This document shows, one piece after another, positions 37,082-47,393 of a DNA stretch of 64,000 nucleotides. This stretch comes from an uncultured Bacilli bacterium (lineage in GTDB: Bacteria > Bacillota_I > Bacilli_A > RF39 > UBA660). The position numbers were made by a program, and so were the translations under genes. A model generated the notes under the pieces. That model did not search any database and was not told the DNA's origin. It saw only the letters and a list, made by a program, of their open reading frames with translations. Each line of letters starts with the position of its first letter. The first letter of the stretch is position 1. The stretch spans positions 10,145-74,144 of the forward strand of contig CANRPP010000001.1 of NCBI GenBank assembly GCA_947632545.1. The letters are read 5' to 3'.

Positions 37082-37846
37082 ATGTTAGAAATAGATAAAA
37101 TAAACGTAATAACTAAAGATAGTAAAAATAAAATTCTAAAAGATTTATCACTAAAAATAGATGATGGAGAAATCCATGCTATTATGGGACCTAATGGTAC
37201 AGGTAAATCTACCTTATCTAAAGTTATTATGGGAAATTATAAATATGAAATAACTAGTGGAGATATTATATTTGATAATAAATCAATAATTAATTTAAGT
37301 GTAGATGAACGTGCTAAATTAGGAATATTTTTAGCGATGCAAGATCCAACTATTATAGATGGTGTTACTAATAGTGAATTTTTAAAAACAGCAACAACTG
37401 AATTAACTGGAGAACGTATTAATTATTTTGATTTTATAAAAGGTATAGATAAATGCCTTAATGATTTAGAATTAAGTGAAGATATGATACATAGATCATT
37501 AAATAAAGGCTTTTCAGGTGGAGAAAAAAAGAAAAATGAAATTCTTCAATTAAAAATGTTAAAACCAAAGTTTATTATTTTAGATGAGATAGATTCAGGT
37601 CTTGATGTTGATAGTTTAAAAGTAGTATGTCGTAATATAAATGAATACTTAAAAGAAAATAAAGATACATCTGTTTTAATAATTACTCATTACCCAAGAA
37701 TATTAGAATATATAAAACCAGATTATGTTCATATAATGACAGATGGAAAAATAAAAAAATCAGGAGATATAGAATTAGCTTTTGAAACAGAAAAAAATGG
37801 ATACATTGGTATAAATGATGTAAGAAAGAAGAGTAGTAATGAATAA
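37082..37846 (+). CDS. sufC: Fe-S cluster assembly ATPase SufC
   Basis: Walker A GPNGTGKST, signature FSGGEKKKNEILQL and Walker B FIILDEIDSGLD. Confidence 0.93.
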   Translation: MLEIDKINVITKDSKNKILKDLSLKIDDGEIHAIMGPNGTGKSTLSKVIMGNYKYEITSGDIIFDNKSIINLSVDERAKLGIFLAMQDPTIIDGVTNSEFLKTATTELTGERINYFDFIKGIDKCLNDLELSEDMIHRSLNKGFSGGEKKKNEILQLKMLKPKFIILDEIDSGLDVDSLKVVCRNINEYLKENKDTSVLIITHYPRILEYIKPDYVHIMTDGKIKKSGDIELAFETEKNGYIGINDVRKKSSNE

Positions 37847-38459
37847 AATAGATATAGGTAATAAAGAAATAACAATTACTTCTCAAAAAGAAATATATAT
37901 TTATGATAAAGAAGCTAATGAAAGAGTTTATAATATAGAAAAAGATGTAATTCTAAAAGTATATCATTATAATTTTGATAGTAATAGTAAAATAGTTATT
38001 AACCTAAATCATGAAAAAGCAGAGGTAGAATATCATTATAGTACTATTAATTATAAAGATAATAATTTATCTATTACAGTTAATCATAATAAAAAAAATA
38101 CTATTAGTAATATCTATAATCATGGAGTAAACATTTTAAATAATAAACTACATTTTGATATTTGTGGAGTTATTCCAAAAAATATAGAAAATTGCATTTG
38201 TAATCAAGAAAATCAAATTATAAATTTAACAGATGGCAAGAGTACTATATTACCTAAATTATTAATTGATAATTATAATGTTTCTTCATCACATTCTGCT
38301 TATATAGGTAAGTTTAAAAATGATATTTTATTTTACCTAATGAGTAGAGGTATAAGTTATGATACTGCTATTAAATTATTAGTTAGTTCATTATTAATAA
38401 ATAGTGGTAATGATAGTGAAGAATTAAATAAGTTTAAAGAAAAAATAGAAAATATATAG
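37839..38459 (+). CDS. sufD: Short SufD-like Fe-S assembly protein
   Basis: 206 aa. The C-terminus ILFYLMSRGISYDTAIKLLVSSLL parallels SufB (LFYLMSRGISEERAKELIV). It is much shorter than typical SufD. Confidence 0.65.
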   Translation: MNKIDIGNKEITITSQKEIYIYDKEANERVYNIEKDVILKVYHYNFDSNSKIVINLNHEKAEVEYHYSTINYKDNNLSITVNHNKKNTISNIYNHGVNILNNKLHFDICGVIPKNIENCICNQENQIINLTDGKSTILPKLLIDNYNVSSSHSAYIGKFKNDILFYLMSRGISYDTAIKLLVSSLLINSGNDSEELNKFKEKIENI

Positions 38460-38470
38460 AAGGTGATAAT

Positions 38471-39667
38471 ATGAATAGAGATGATTTTCCTATTTTAAAC
38501 AGTGGGATTATTTATTTCGATAATGGTGCAACAACTCTAAAACCAAAATGTGTTGTTGATAAAATGATAGATTATTACACTAAATATACTTCTAATATTC
38601 ATAGAGGTGATTATGATAATGCAATGAAAACTAACGAAGCATATGACGAAGTTAGAGAACTTGTACGTGATTTAATAAATGCTAAAAATATATCTGAAAT
38701 TGTATATACTAGTGGTACTACAGAATCCCTTAACTTAGTAGCATTTGGATTTTTTAAAAAGTATTTAAAAAAAGATGACGAAGTTTTAATTAATAAAGCA
38801 GAGCACGCCTCAAATATCTTACCTTGGTTAGTATTACAAAAAGAAATTGGTATAAAAGTTAAATATATTCCATTAGATGAGAATCGTGAATTAACTATAG
38901 AAAATATTAAAAAGACAATTACTGATAAGACTAAAGTTATATCAGTTGCCCATATATCTAATGTAATAGGTGATATTAGAGATATTGAACAAATAGGTAA
39001 AATTTGTAAAGAAAAAAATATTTATTTTGTAGTAGATGCTGCTCAAAGCATTTCCCATTATAAAATAGATGTAGAAAAAGCTAATATAGATTTTTTAGCT
39101 TTTTCAGCACATAAAATGATGGGACCTACTGGTGTTGGTATTTTATATGGTAAAAAAGAATTATTAGATAAAACTGATCCATTAAAATATGGTGGAGGTA
39201 TGAATCAAAACTTTGAATCAAATGGTGAATATGTCTTAAAAACTGCACCTATTAAATTTGAAGCAGGAACACCGCCTATCGCAGAAGTTATTGGATTAGG
39301 AGAAGCAATCAAATATATAAAAAAAATAGGAGTAGATAAAATTCATAAATATGAATTAGAATTAAAAGAATATATGGTAGAAGAATTATCTAAAATACCT
39401 AATATTATTTTATATAATAAAAATAGTAAAAGTGGAATACTAGCATTTAATGTAGAAGGAGTATTTAGTCAAGATACATCAGTATATTTAAATCATTATA
39501 ATATCGCAATACGTGCAGGAAATCACTGCGCTAAAGTATTAAAAGATGACCTAGATATAAAAAATACTTGTAGAGTTAGCCTATGTTTATATAATACTAA
39601 AGAAGAAATAGATGTATTAATAAAAGCCTTAAAAAATAGTAAAGATATATTTAAAGTGGTGATATAA
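38471..39667 (+). CDS. sufS: Cysteine desulfurase SufS
   Basis: Class V aminotransferase with the PLP Lys in SAHKMMGPTGVGILYG and the catalytic Cys in RAGNHCA. Confidence 0.93.
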   Translation: MNRDDFPILNSGIIYFDNGATTLKPKCVVDKMIDYYTKYTSNIHRGDYDNAMKTNEAYDEVRELVRDLINAKNISEIVYTSGTTESLNLVAFGFFKKYLKKDDEVLINKAEHASNILPWLVLQKEIGIKVKYIPLDENRELTIENIKKTITDKTKVISVAHISNVIGDIRDIEQIGKICKEKNIYFVVDAAQSISHYKIDVEKANIDFLAFSAHKMMGPTGVGILYGKKELLDKTDPLKYGGGMNQNFESNGEYVLKTAPIKFEAGTPPIAEVIGLGEAIKYIKKIGVDKIHKYELELKEYMVEELSKIPNIILYNKNSKSGILAFNVEGVFSQDTSVYLNHYNIAIRAGNHCAKVLKDDLDIKNTCRVSLCLYNTKEEIDVLIKALKNSKDIFKVVI

Positions 39668-40099
39668 ATGGATAAAGAAACTAAAAGAGAAATAATACTA
39701 GATAACTATCAAAATCCTATGAATAAAGGATTAAAAGATGATAAGTCATATATATTAAAAAATACTAATAATGAATCTTGTATTGATAATATAGATATGA
39801 TGCTAAAAGCAGAAAATGGTGTAATAAAAGATATTTTATTTGATGGAGAAGCCTGTGCTATATGTACATCCGCTACTAGTATAATTATAAGAAATTTAAT
39901 AGGAAAAACATTAGAAGAAGCAGAAAAAATTATTAAAAATTATCAAAATATGATTAATGAAAAAGAATATGATAAAGAATTATTAGGGGAACTATTAGTA
40001 TATGATGATATATATATGCAACCAAATAGAAAGAAATGTGCATTACTACCAAGTGATGCAGTAGAAAGGATTTTAGAGGTAATTAGAAATGAAAACTAG
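39668..40099 (+). CDS. sufU: Sulfur acceptor / scaffold SufU
   Basis: 143 aa, NifU/IscU-like, with NNESCIDN, GEACAICTSA and the C-terminal KCALLP cysteines. Confidence 0.88.
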   Translation: MDKETKREIILDNYQNPMNKGLKDDKSYILKNTNNESCIDNIDMMLKAENGVIKDILFDGEACAICTSATSIIIRNLIGKTLEEAEKIIKNYQNMINEKEYDKELLGELLVYDDIYMQPNRKKCALLPSDAVERILEVIRNEN

Positions 40100-40607
40100 T
40101 GAAATAAAATTAGTAGATTTAAGATTATATATAAAAGGAGAAGGTGCAGAAATAGATAGTAGTATGCCAAAAGCTTTAGTTATATATAATGAAGAAGATA
40201 ATAAATATCATAATATTATAATTCCAGAAGAGACATATCCATTATTAAAACGTCTACCATATTCAAATACAACAATTAGTGGTGAAGAGTATGGAACTAA
40301 ATTAATTGCAGTAGATCCTAATCAAAAAGATGAAACTTGTATATGCGCAATTTTAACTGATGATAAATTTATGTCTGAATTAAAAGAACAAATTTATATA
40401 GAGATGAAAGATTTAGAAGATAAAATACTTTACTCTAATCTTTATTTTAAAGATAGAATACGTATTATAGAAAAAAGGATAAATAATGGAGTAAAAGTAC
40501 CTAAAAAACTAAAAAGATTAATTTCAGAAGATTGGGAAAGGAATTGCCATTATCAAGATCAAGTGTTTTTTGTAAAAGATGAAAGAAAAAAAATAATTAA
40601 AAAATAA
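40089..40607 (+). CDS. Hypothetical 172-aa protein inserted between sufU and sufB
   Basis: RBS GAGGT. The ORF overlaps the sufU stop and has no recognisable motif. Confidence 0.45.
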   Translation: MKTSEIKLVDLRLYIKGEGAEIDSSMPKALVIYNEEDNKYHNIIIPEETYPLLKRLPYSNTTISGEEYGTKLIAVDPNQKDETCICAILTDDKFMSELKEQIYIEMKDLEDKILYSNLYFKDRIRIIEKRINNGVKVPKKLKRLISEDWERNCHYQDQVFFVKDERKKIIKK

Positions 40608-40623
40608 AGAAATTGGTGATACT

Positions 40624-41937
40624 ATGGAAATAATAGGTATAAGTAAAGATAATATAGAAAATATTTCTAAAATAAAAAAAGAAGATAATTGGGTTAGAGA
40701 ATTTAGACTTAATGGTTATAATTCGTTTATGAATCAAGATATGCCTATTTTTGGACCAAAAGTAAAATTAGATTTTAATAAAATAATATATTATAAAAGT
40801 AACGAAGCAGATGAAAAAATAGAAAATGATTGGAATAATGTATTAAAACCAGTAAAAGACGAATTAGAAGATTTAGGAGTATTAGAAAGTGAACAACATT
40901 TAGGTGGTATGGGAGTACAATATGAAAGTGAAGTTATATACCATAATATGTTAGAAGAGTTAAAAAAGAAAAAGGTTATATTTACATCCATTGAAGATGC
41001 TATGAAAAGATATCCTGAATTAGTAAAAAAATACTTTGGTAAAATAGTAAATTCTAATGAAAATAAATTTTCTGCATTAAATTCAGCTGTATTTAGTGGA
41101 GGAAGTTTTATATATGTTCCCAAAAATACAACATTAGATAGACCATTACAAAGTTATTTTAGAATTAATAGTAAAAATATGGGACAATTTGAAAGAACTT
41201 TAATAATTGTAGATGATAATTCTTCTCTTCATTATGTAGAGGGGTGTACTGCTCCAACTTATAGTGAATCTTCTCTTCATGCTGCAGTAGTAGAGATTTA
41301 TGTAGGAAAAAACAGTAAATGCAGATATTCAACAATTCAAAATTGGGCTACTAATGTATATAATTTAGTTACTAAAAGAGCCCTAGTAGATACTAATGGT
41401 ACTATGGAGTGGATTGATGGAAATATAGGCTCAAAAGTTACTATGAAATATCCATGCTGTATCTTAAAAGGAGATAATTCAAAAGGAACTTGTGTAACTA
41501 TAAGTGTGGCATCATCTAAACAAAATCAAGATAGTGGTGCCAGAATGATACACTTAGGTAAAAATACTAGAAGTAATATTATTTCTAAAAGTATTGCCCA
41601 AAATGGTGGAAATGCTACTTATAGAGGTAAAGTAGATATAAAAGATAATGCAACAAATAGTGAATCATTTGTAAAATGTGATACTCTAATATTAGATAAA
41701 ATATCTAAAAGTGATACTATTCCTGTAAATATATGTAGAAATAAGGAAAGTAATATTGAACATGAAGCAACAGTTTCTAAAATAAATGAAGATACGTTAT
41801 TTTATTTAATGAGTAGAGGTATTTCAGAAGAAAGAGCAAAAGAATTAATTGTTTTAGGATTTTTAGATAAATTTAGAGAAGAGTTACCAATGGAATATGC
41901 AGTAGAATTAAATCAATTAATTAAAAGAAACTTATAA
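40624..41937 (+). CDS. sufB: Fe-S cluster assembly protein SufB
   Basis: 437 aa with HYVEGCTAP, a beta-helix region, and LFYLMSRGISEERAKELIVLGF. Confidence 0.93.
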   Translation: MEIIGISKDNIENISKIKKEDNWVREFRLNGYNSFMNQDMPIFGPKVKLDFNKIIYYKSNEADEKIENDWNNVLKPVKDELEDLGVLESEQHLGGMGVQYESEVIYHNMLEELKKKKVIFTSIEDAMKRYPELVKKYFGKIVNSNENKFSALNSAVFSGGSFIYVPKNTTLDRPLQSYFRINSKNMGQFERTLIIVDDNSSLHYVEGCTAPTYSESSLHAAVVEIYVGKNSKCRYSTIQNWATNVYNLVTKRALVDTNGTMEWIDGNIGSKVTMKYPCCILKGDNSKGTCVTISVASSKQNQDSGARMIHLGKNTRSNIISKSIAQNGGNATYRGKVDIKDNATNSESFVKCDTLILDKISKSDTIPVNICRNKESNIEHEATVSKINEDTLFYLMSRGISEERAKELIVLGFLDKFREELPMEYAVELNQLIKRNL

Positions 41938-41970
41938 ATTTAATTTTTATAAATAATAATATATTTAAAA

Positions 41971-42002
41971 AAAGAAATTTCAATATATGAATTTCTTTTT
42001 TT
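41971..42002 (+). terminator. Rho-independent terminator of the suf operon
   Basis: AAAGAAATT...AATTTCTTT stem followed by a T-run. Confidence 0.75.
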
Positions 42003-42091
42003 ATGAAATAATACTTCTTAATTTATAAAAAATACTCATTTGTATATATAAAAATATTAAGCTATTATCGGTAAAAGAAAGGAGAGATAAT

Positions 42092-42451
42092 ATGCTGAAT
42101 CAGATAGTCCTTGTAGGAAGACTTACAAAGGACATACAAGTAAACAAATCTGAAAAAGGAAAACATGTCGCAAGTCTAGTACTTGCTATACCAAGAAGTT
42201 TCAAAAATATGAGTGGAACTTATGATACTGATTTCATAGAGTGTACTTTATTTGATAATATTGCCCAAAATACTAAAGAGTATTGTAAAAAAGGCGATAT
42301 TCTTGGAATAAAAGGCAGAGTACAGTCTAGATTAGTAGAAAAAGATAACGAAAAAAGAAACGTTATAGAAGTTATTGCCGAAAAAGTAACATTCCTAACT
42401 TCAAAAAAAGATTCACTAGAAAAAGAATCAGAAGAAAATGACCAAAATTAA
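42092..42451 (+). CDS. ssbB: Short single-stranded DNA-binding protein lacking the acidic C-terminal tip (SsbB-like)
   Basis: The OB fold MLNQIVLVGRLTKD...RSFKN.SG...DFIECTLF is collinear with B. subtilis SsbB. The protein ends ...ESEENDQN, without the DDDLPF-type tip. Confidence 0.75.
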   Translation: MLNQIVLVGRLTKDIQVNKSEKGKHVASLVLAIPRSFKNMSGTYDTDFIECTLFDNIAQNTKEYCKKGDILGIKGRVQSRLVEKDNEKRNVIEVIAEKVTFLTSKKDSLEKESEENDQN

Positions 42452-42541
42452 AAAAGTTTATTATTAGTTAACTTTAACCAAAACGCCTTTTTGAATAATT
42501 ATAATGAGTTTAGATAAAACTATTATATAAGAGGTGGTATA

Positions 42542-42895
42542 ATGCTTTTAGGTCAAAGAATTAAAACCTTGCGCAAAGAAAATAACCTCACACAAGAAGA
42601 ACTTGGTAAATTAATAAATGTAACAAAAGTAAGTATATGCTGTTATGAAAAGGAAACAAGGATTCCAACTTTAGAGACGCTTACTGCTCTTGCTGATATC
42701 TTTAAAGTAGATATTAATTATTTCATTGGCAATGATGAATATGTGGTAGCTGATAATGATAAAAATTATGGTATGTATATTGCCAAAGAAGAATTAGAAT
42801 TTATAAAAGAAATAAGAAAATATAATAGCTTACATAAAAAGGTAGTAGAAGATCCTAAAAGAACGGTTGAGTTAATAGACCTAAAAATGAGATAG
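42542..42895 (+). CDS. XRE-family helix-turn-helix transcriptional regulator
   Basis: LGQRIKTLRKENNLTQEELGKLINVTKVSICCYEKETRIPTLETLTALADIFKV is a Cro/C1-type HTH. Confidence 0.85.
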   Translation: MLLGQRIKTLRKENNLTQEELGKLINVTKVSICCYEKETRIPTLETLTALADIFKVDINYFIGNDEYVVADNDKNYGMYIAKEELEFIKEIRKYNSLHKKVVEDPKRTVELIDLKMR

Positions 42896-43082
42896 ATTTA
42901 ATAATCTTTCTCATTTTTTATTTATAGTTGAGGATGTAAAAGTAATATAGAAAAATGAATAAAAAATTATACAAAGGGTAAATACCAAAATATGAAATTT
43001 AAGTATGACATATTTATAAATCGTTTTATTCTTTACTATAGAAAAAATATAATTTATAATATTATTATAATAGAGGTGTTTT

Positions 43083-43883
43083 ATGAAAAGTAGTATCAAA
43101 TTTATTATTATAATATGTTGTTTATTTTTACTAACTGGCTGTGTTAAATATAATGCTAAAATGAATATTAATAAAAATAAATCAATGAATTTCTCTATTG
43201 TATATGCAGTAGATAAAAGTATTTTTGGAGATGTTCAATTACTAACCAAAAATGAAAAGAAAAAAATAAAGGAAAAAGGCTTTACTATAGAAGAATATAA
43301 AAATAAAAATATGACTGGTTATAAGTTAAAGATAGATGTACATAATATTGATAAAATAAGTACAAAAAATAATAATTCTTATAATTTAACTAATATAACT
43401 AAAATATCTAATGATAAAATATTTAGAGTTAAAAAGGGTATAATAAAAAATAAATATAAAGCTAATTTTAAATTTGATTCTTCCAAAAATAATTTAACTA
43501 AAAAGAATAATTCAAAAGAAATTAACGGTGATAAAAAAGATATTCAAAATTTGGAGGATATAGAAGATATTACTAGTAATATTGAAAAGTTAGATTTAAG
43601 TTTTAAAGTTAGTCTTCCATATTCTGCTATTTCCAATAATGCAACTCAATCTAGTGATAAAGATAAAGAATTAGTATGGTCTTTAACTAGTGATGATGTA
43701 TCGAATATTGAATTTGAATTTAGTTTATATAATAGAATTACTATAATCATTATAGTAGCAGTAATATTAATTATAATTATATTAATAGTATCGTTTTATA
43801 AAAATAGAAAAATAGAAACTGTAACTAGTAATAATATAAATAAAGATATAGAAGTACTTGATTCAAATAATAATGAAAGTTAG
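43083..43883 (+). CDS. Lipoprotein with an additional C-terminal TM helix (unknown function)
   Basis: Lipobox LLTGC at the N-terminus, and ITIIIIVAVILIIIILIVSFY near the C-terminus. Confidence 0.5.
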   Translation: MKSSIKFIIIICCLFLLTGCVKYNAKMNINKNKSMNFSIVYAVDKSIFGDVQLLTKNEKKKIKEKGFTIEEYKNKNMTGYKLKIDVHNIDKISTKNNNSYNLTNITKISNDKIFRVKKGIIKNKYKANFKFDSSKNNLTKKNNSKEINGDKKDIQNLEDIEDITSNIEKLDLSFKVSLPYSAISNNATQSSDKDKELVWSLTSDDVSNIEFEFSLYNRITIIIIVAVILIIIILIVSFYKNRKIETVTSNNINKDIEVLDSNNNES

Positions 43884-43891
43884 GTGATTAA

Positions 43892-44299
43892 ATGGAAACT
43901 ACTATCAGGAGATTTAGGGATGAAGATTTAGAGTCATTAAATATTTTATTAAAAGAAGTATATGATAAAGAAAGAAAAGGAAAAACTTTAGATAATAATA
44001 TAGAATTAGTAGCTGTAGTAGATAAAAAAGTTGTTGGATATTTAATTTTAAATAAATTGTATGATGTAGTTTGTGGAATATATTATGGTCACATTAATTT
44101 TTATTGTGTATTAGAAAAATATAGAAATAAAAAAATAGGTACTAAATTACTAGAAGAAGTATTTAATATATGTAAAAAAGAAGATATAAAATATTTAGAA
44201 TTAACATCAAATAGCTCTAGAGTAGCGGCACATCACTTATATAAAAAACTTGGATTTAATATTAGGAATACAAATGTATTTAGAAAGGAATTAATATGA
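43892..44299 (+). CDS. GNAT-family N-acetyltransferase
   Basis: 135 aa with the acetyl-CoA motif VLEKYRNKKIGTKLLEE...YKKLGF. Confidence 0.8.
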   Translation: METTIRRFRDEDLESLNILLKEVYDKERKGKTLDNNIELVAVVDKKVVGYLILNKLYDVVCGIYYGHINFYCVLEKYRNKKIGTKLLEEVFNICKKEDIKYLELTSNSSRVAAHHLYKKLGFNIRNTNVFRKELI

Positions 44300-45516
44300 T
44301 AACAGATATTATAAATAAGAAAAGATTAGGAAAAACTTTAACTAAAGAAGAATTAGAATTTATATTTAATGGTTACTTGAAAAAGAAAGTAAAAGATTAT
44401 CAAATGTCTGCACTATTAATGGCTATATGTATAAATGGTATGAGTGATGAAGAAATATTTAATTTAACAGATATATTTATAAAAAGTGGAGATGTTTTAG
44501 ATTTTTCAGATATCAAAGGTATAAAAGTAGATAAACATTCAACAGGTGGTGTAGGAGATAAAACAACAATGGTAATCGCACCCATAGTTGCTAGCCTAGG
44601 AGTTCCTGTTATAAAAATGAGTGGAAGAGGTTTAGGACATACAGGTGGTACTATTGATAAATTAGAATCAATTCCAGGTTTTAGAACGGATTTAACAGAT
44701 AATCAAGTAAAAGAAGAAGTAAAACAAATTGGAATGGTAGTAACAAGTCAAACCGCTAATTTAACACCACTTGATAAAATGATTTATGCATTAAGAGATG
44801 TAACTGCAACAGTAGAATCAATCCCTTTAATCGCAACTAGTATAATGAGTAAGAAAATTGCAGGTGGAGCAGATAAAATATTAATAGATATAAAATTAGG
44901 TAAAGGTGCTTTAATTAAAACAAAAGAAGATGCTAATAAATTATCTGAATTAATGATTAAAATAGGTAATTTCTATGGACGAGAAGTAAGAACTATGATA
45001 ACTAATATGGATAATCCATTAGGAGATTCTATAGGAAATAGTATTGAAGTAGAAGAGGCAATGGACATATTAAATGGTAAAAAAGGTATGCTTACAGATT
45101 TATGTATTGAACTAGCATCTGAAATGGTTAGTATGGGAAAAAATATAGATAAAAATAGTGCAAAAAAACAAGTAATAGAAACTATTAATAATAAAAATGC
45201 ATATAATAAATTTTTAGAATTTGCCTCATATCAAAAAGGGGATATTAAAAAATTAAAAATAAGTGATAAAAAAATAGAAATAAAATCTGATAGAGAAGGA
45301 ATAATAGAAAAAATAGATGCTTTAGAAATAGGTAAATTTTCAGTTAAATTAGGAGCTGGAAGAGAAAATAAAGAAGATAAAATTAATCCAACCGTAGGTA
45401 TAAAATTAAATAAACTAGTAGGAGACAAAGTAAAAAAAGATGATATATTATGTACATTATTTGTAGAAAAAGAACAAAACTATGACTATATATGTAAATA
45501 TTTTGTAATAAATTAA
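44296..45516 (+). CDS. pdp: Pyrimidine-nucleoside (thymidine) phosphorylase
   Basis: 406 aa with KHSTGGVGDKTT and SGRGLGHTGGTIDKLESIPG. Confidence 0.92.
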   Translation: MITDIINKKRLGKTLTKEELEFIFNGYLKKKVKDYQMSALLMAICINGMSDEEIFNLTDIFIKSGDVLDFSDIKGIKVDKHSTGGVGDKTTMVIAPIVASLGVPVIKMSGRGLGHTGGTIDKLESIPGFRTDLTDNQVKEEVKQIGMVVTSQTANLTPLDKMIYALRDVTATVESIPLIATSIMSKKIAGGADKILIDIKLGKGALIKTKEDANKLSELMIKIGNFYGREVRTMITNMDNPLGDSIGNSIEVEEAMDILNGKKGMLTDLCIELASEMVSMGKNIDKNSAKKQVIETINNKNAYNKFLEFASYQKGDIKKLKISDKKIEIKSDREGIIEKIDALEIGKFSVKLGAGRENKEDKINPTVGIKLNKLVGDKVKKDDILCTLFVEKEQNYDYICKYFVIN

Positions 45517-45583
45517 AAATTTATTGGAAAAATAAAAAAACATGATATAATTATTGTATAAAGGTAAGGTGAATATATATAAA

Positions 45584-46741
45584 ATGAAAAAAAGAAAAAT
45601 AGGAATTCTAGGTATAGCTTTAACTACTGTGTTTTCATGTGCTACTATAAATGTTAATGCTGCAACTACTTATTCTGAAACATTACCAAATGAGGTTACA
45701 AGGAAAAATACTGAACAAGAATATAAATTTAGTGAACCAGGAATAGGCTCTGGAGAAACATTAGGTATAATTGAGTTTTTAAGTAATGATGATAAATATT
45801 TATTATATTGCTCTGATAGAAATAATACTCGTTATACAAGTGAAGTTAAGTTAACAAAGGGAGGACCAATGGACTATAGAATAGCATATATATTAACACA
45901 CGGCTATGGTAGTTCAAATGCAGCTTTAATAAAAGATGTTACGGAAGAAAAAAGTTTGCAAGATAATATTGATCCATATAATAAAGGCCAAGATATGGCT
46001 AATCTTTGGATTACTCAAGTATCTTTATGGAATATTCAAAATACCATATCAGATAAAGATTTAAATAATAAACAATTAGTATATACAAAAACACGAAATA
46101 ATGATATGTTTAAATTATCATTTTCTAATCAAGTATTAACAGCTGGAACATTATGGAATAACTATGTTAATAAGTTGATAAGTGAGGCTAATAGTAAAGA
46201 AGATCCCGCAAATACAACTTTAACATTTTCAGGTGATGCTAAATGGACAAAATCTGACAATATTTCAAAAACAGGTTTAGTTACAATTGCGCCATCAAGT
46301 GATTTAGTAACAATGGCTACTTATACAGTATCACTAGAAAATGCTCCAGAAGGAGCTGAAATTCATAAAGAAGATGGAACTGTAATTTCTAGTACAGATG
46401 AAATTGCTGCAGGTACAAAAATATATATTACTGTTGATAACACAAAACTTGATAATACAAAAGAATATAATTTTACATTAAATGCTAAAACAAATGGTAC
46501 ATATGATGTTGCATATCAATATGTTGATACAACTAATCAATGTGAAGGACAAGCTTGTCAACCTTCTGTATTGGTAGGACCAGGTAGAAATGAATTTAAT
46601 GGCTCATTAAAACTTAATATAATACCAGATACAGCAAGCAATATTTCAAAAACAATATACTATGTTGGATTTATAATTCTATTAATTGGAGCAGGAACAA
46701 TATATGCAAATGTCAGACCAAAAAAACAAGAAACAGAATAA
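45584..46741 (+). CDS. Surface adhesin with thioester-domain (TED) motifs and an IPDTAS sorting signal
   Basis: Signal peptide ...NVNA/ATT. The Cys motif LLYCSD and Gln motif ITQVSLW follow the TED pattern (YC.. and TQxAIW). The C-terminus is IPDTAS, then a TM helix, then RPKKQ. Confidence 0.5.
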   Translation: MKKRKIGILGIALTTVFSCATINVNAATTYSETLPNEVTRKNTEQEYKFSEPGIGSGETLGIIEFLSNDDKYLLYCSDRNNTRYTSEVKLTKGGPMDYRIAYILTHGYGSSNAALIKDVTEEKSLQDNIDPYNKGQDMANLWITQVSLWNIQNTISDKDLNNKQLVYTKTRNNDMFKLSFSNQVLTAGTLWNNYVNKLISEANSKEDPANTTLTFSGDAKWTKSDNISKTGLVTIAPSSDLVTMATYTVSLENAPEGAEIHKEDGTVISSTDEIAAGTKIYITVDNTKLDNTKEYNFTLNAKTNGTYDVAYQYVDTTNQCEGQACQPSVLVGPGRNEFNGSLKLNIIPDTASNISKTIYYVGFIILLIGAGTIYANVRPKKQETE

Positions 46742-47372
46742 AAAAATAAAAAAGAGCCAATTATGCTTATTTGGCTCTTTGCTTGTAATTGTAGGAATAA
46801 CTTTATTATCAATGGATCATATTAAAAATTTAAAAAAACAAGTATTTACTGATATGCAATTATCATTTATGAATCAAGATAATGTTAATGATATTATTCA
46901 GGCTGTACCAAAAATGGAAGAAGTAAAAGAAACTCCAAAAGAAGAAGAAAAGAAAGAATATAAACCAATTGATTATAGTCAATATACAGGTATCATAGAA
47001 ATTCCAAAGATTAGATTAAAAAGAGGATTTTATAATGTAGGACATAGATATAATGATATTAATCATAATGTTACAGTTTTAAGTGATTCTACAATGCCAG
47101 ATGTAGTTAATGGGAACCTTATTCTAGCGGCACATTCTGGAGATGCTTATATATCATATTTTGCCTATTTATATAAACTAGTAGTTGGTGACTTTGTATA
47201 TATAACATATAACGGAATCATTTATAAATATCAAATAGTTAATATATATAATGTTCCAAAAACAGGTTCAGTAACTATAAATAGAAACATGTCGAAAACA
47301 ACACTAACACTTATTACATGTACTAAAAATAGTGCTACTGAACAAACAGTTTATATTGCAGAATTAGTATAA
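46704..47372 (+). CDS. Sortase (transpeptidase)
   Basis: N-terminal TM anchor, catalytic His in LILAAHSG and Cys in TLTLITCT. The start is ambiguous (46686 TTG, 46704 or 46710 ATG). Confidence 0.8.
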   Translation: MQMSDQKNKKQNKKIKKSQLCLFGSLLVIVGITLLSMDHIKNLKKQVFTDMQLSFMNQDNVNDIIQAVPKMEEVKETPKEEEKKEYKPIDYSQYTGIIEIPKIRLKRGFYNVGHRYNDINHNVTVLSDSTMPDVVNGNLILAAHSGDAYISYFAYLYKLVVGDFVYITYNGIIYKYQIVNIYNVPKTGSVTINRNMSKTTLTLITCTKNSATEQTVYIAELV

Positions 47373-47393
47373 GAATAAGAGGAGGTAAATATA

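Noticed and set aside
42911-43099. A 62-aa minus-strand ORF between the XRE gene and the lipoprotein gene.
   Set aside because: It has an Ile/Asn/Tyr/Phe-rich low-complexity translation, no RBS, and overlaps the promoter and start of the 43083 gene.
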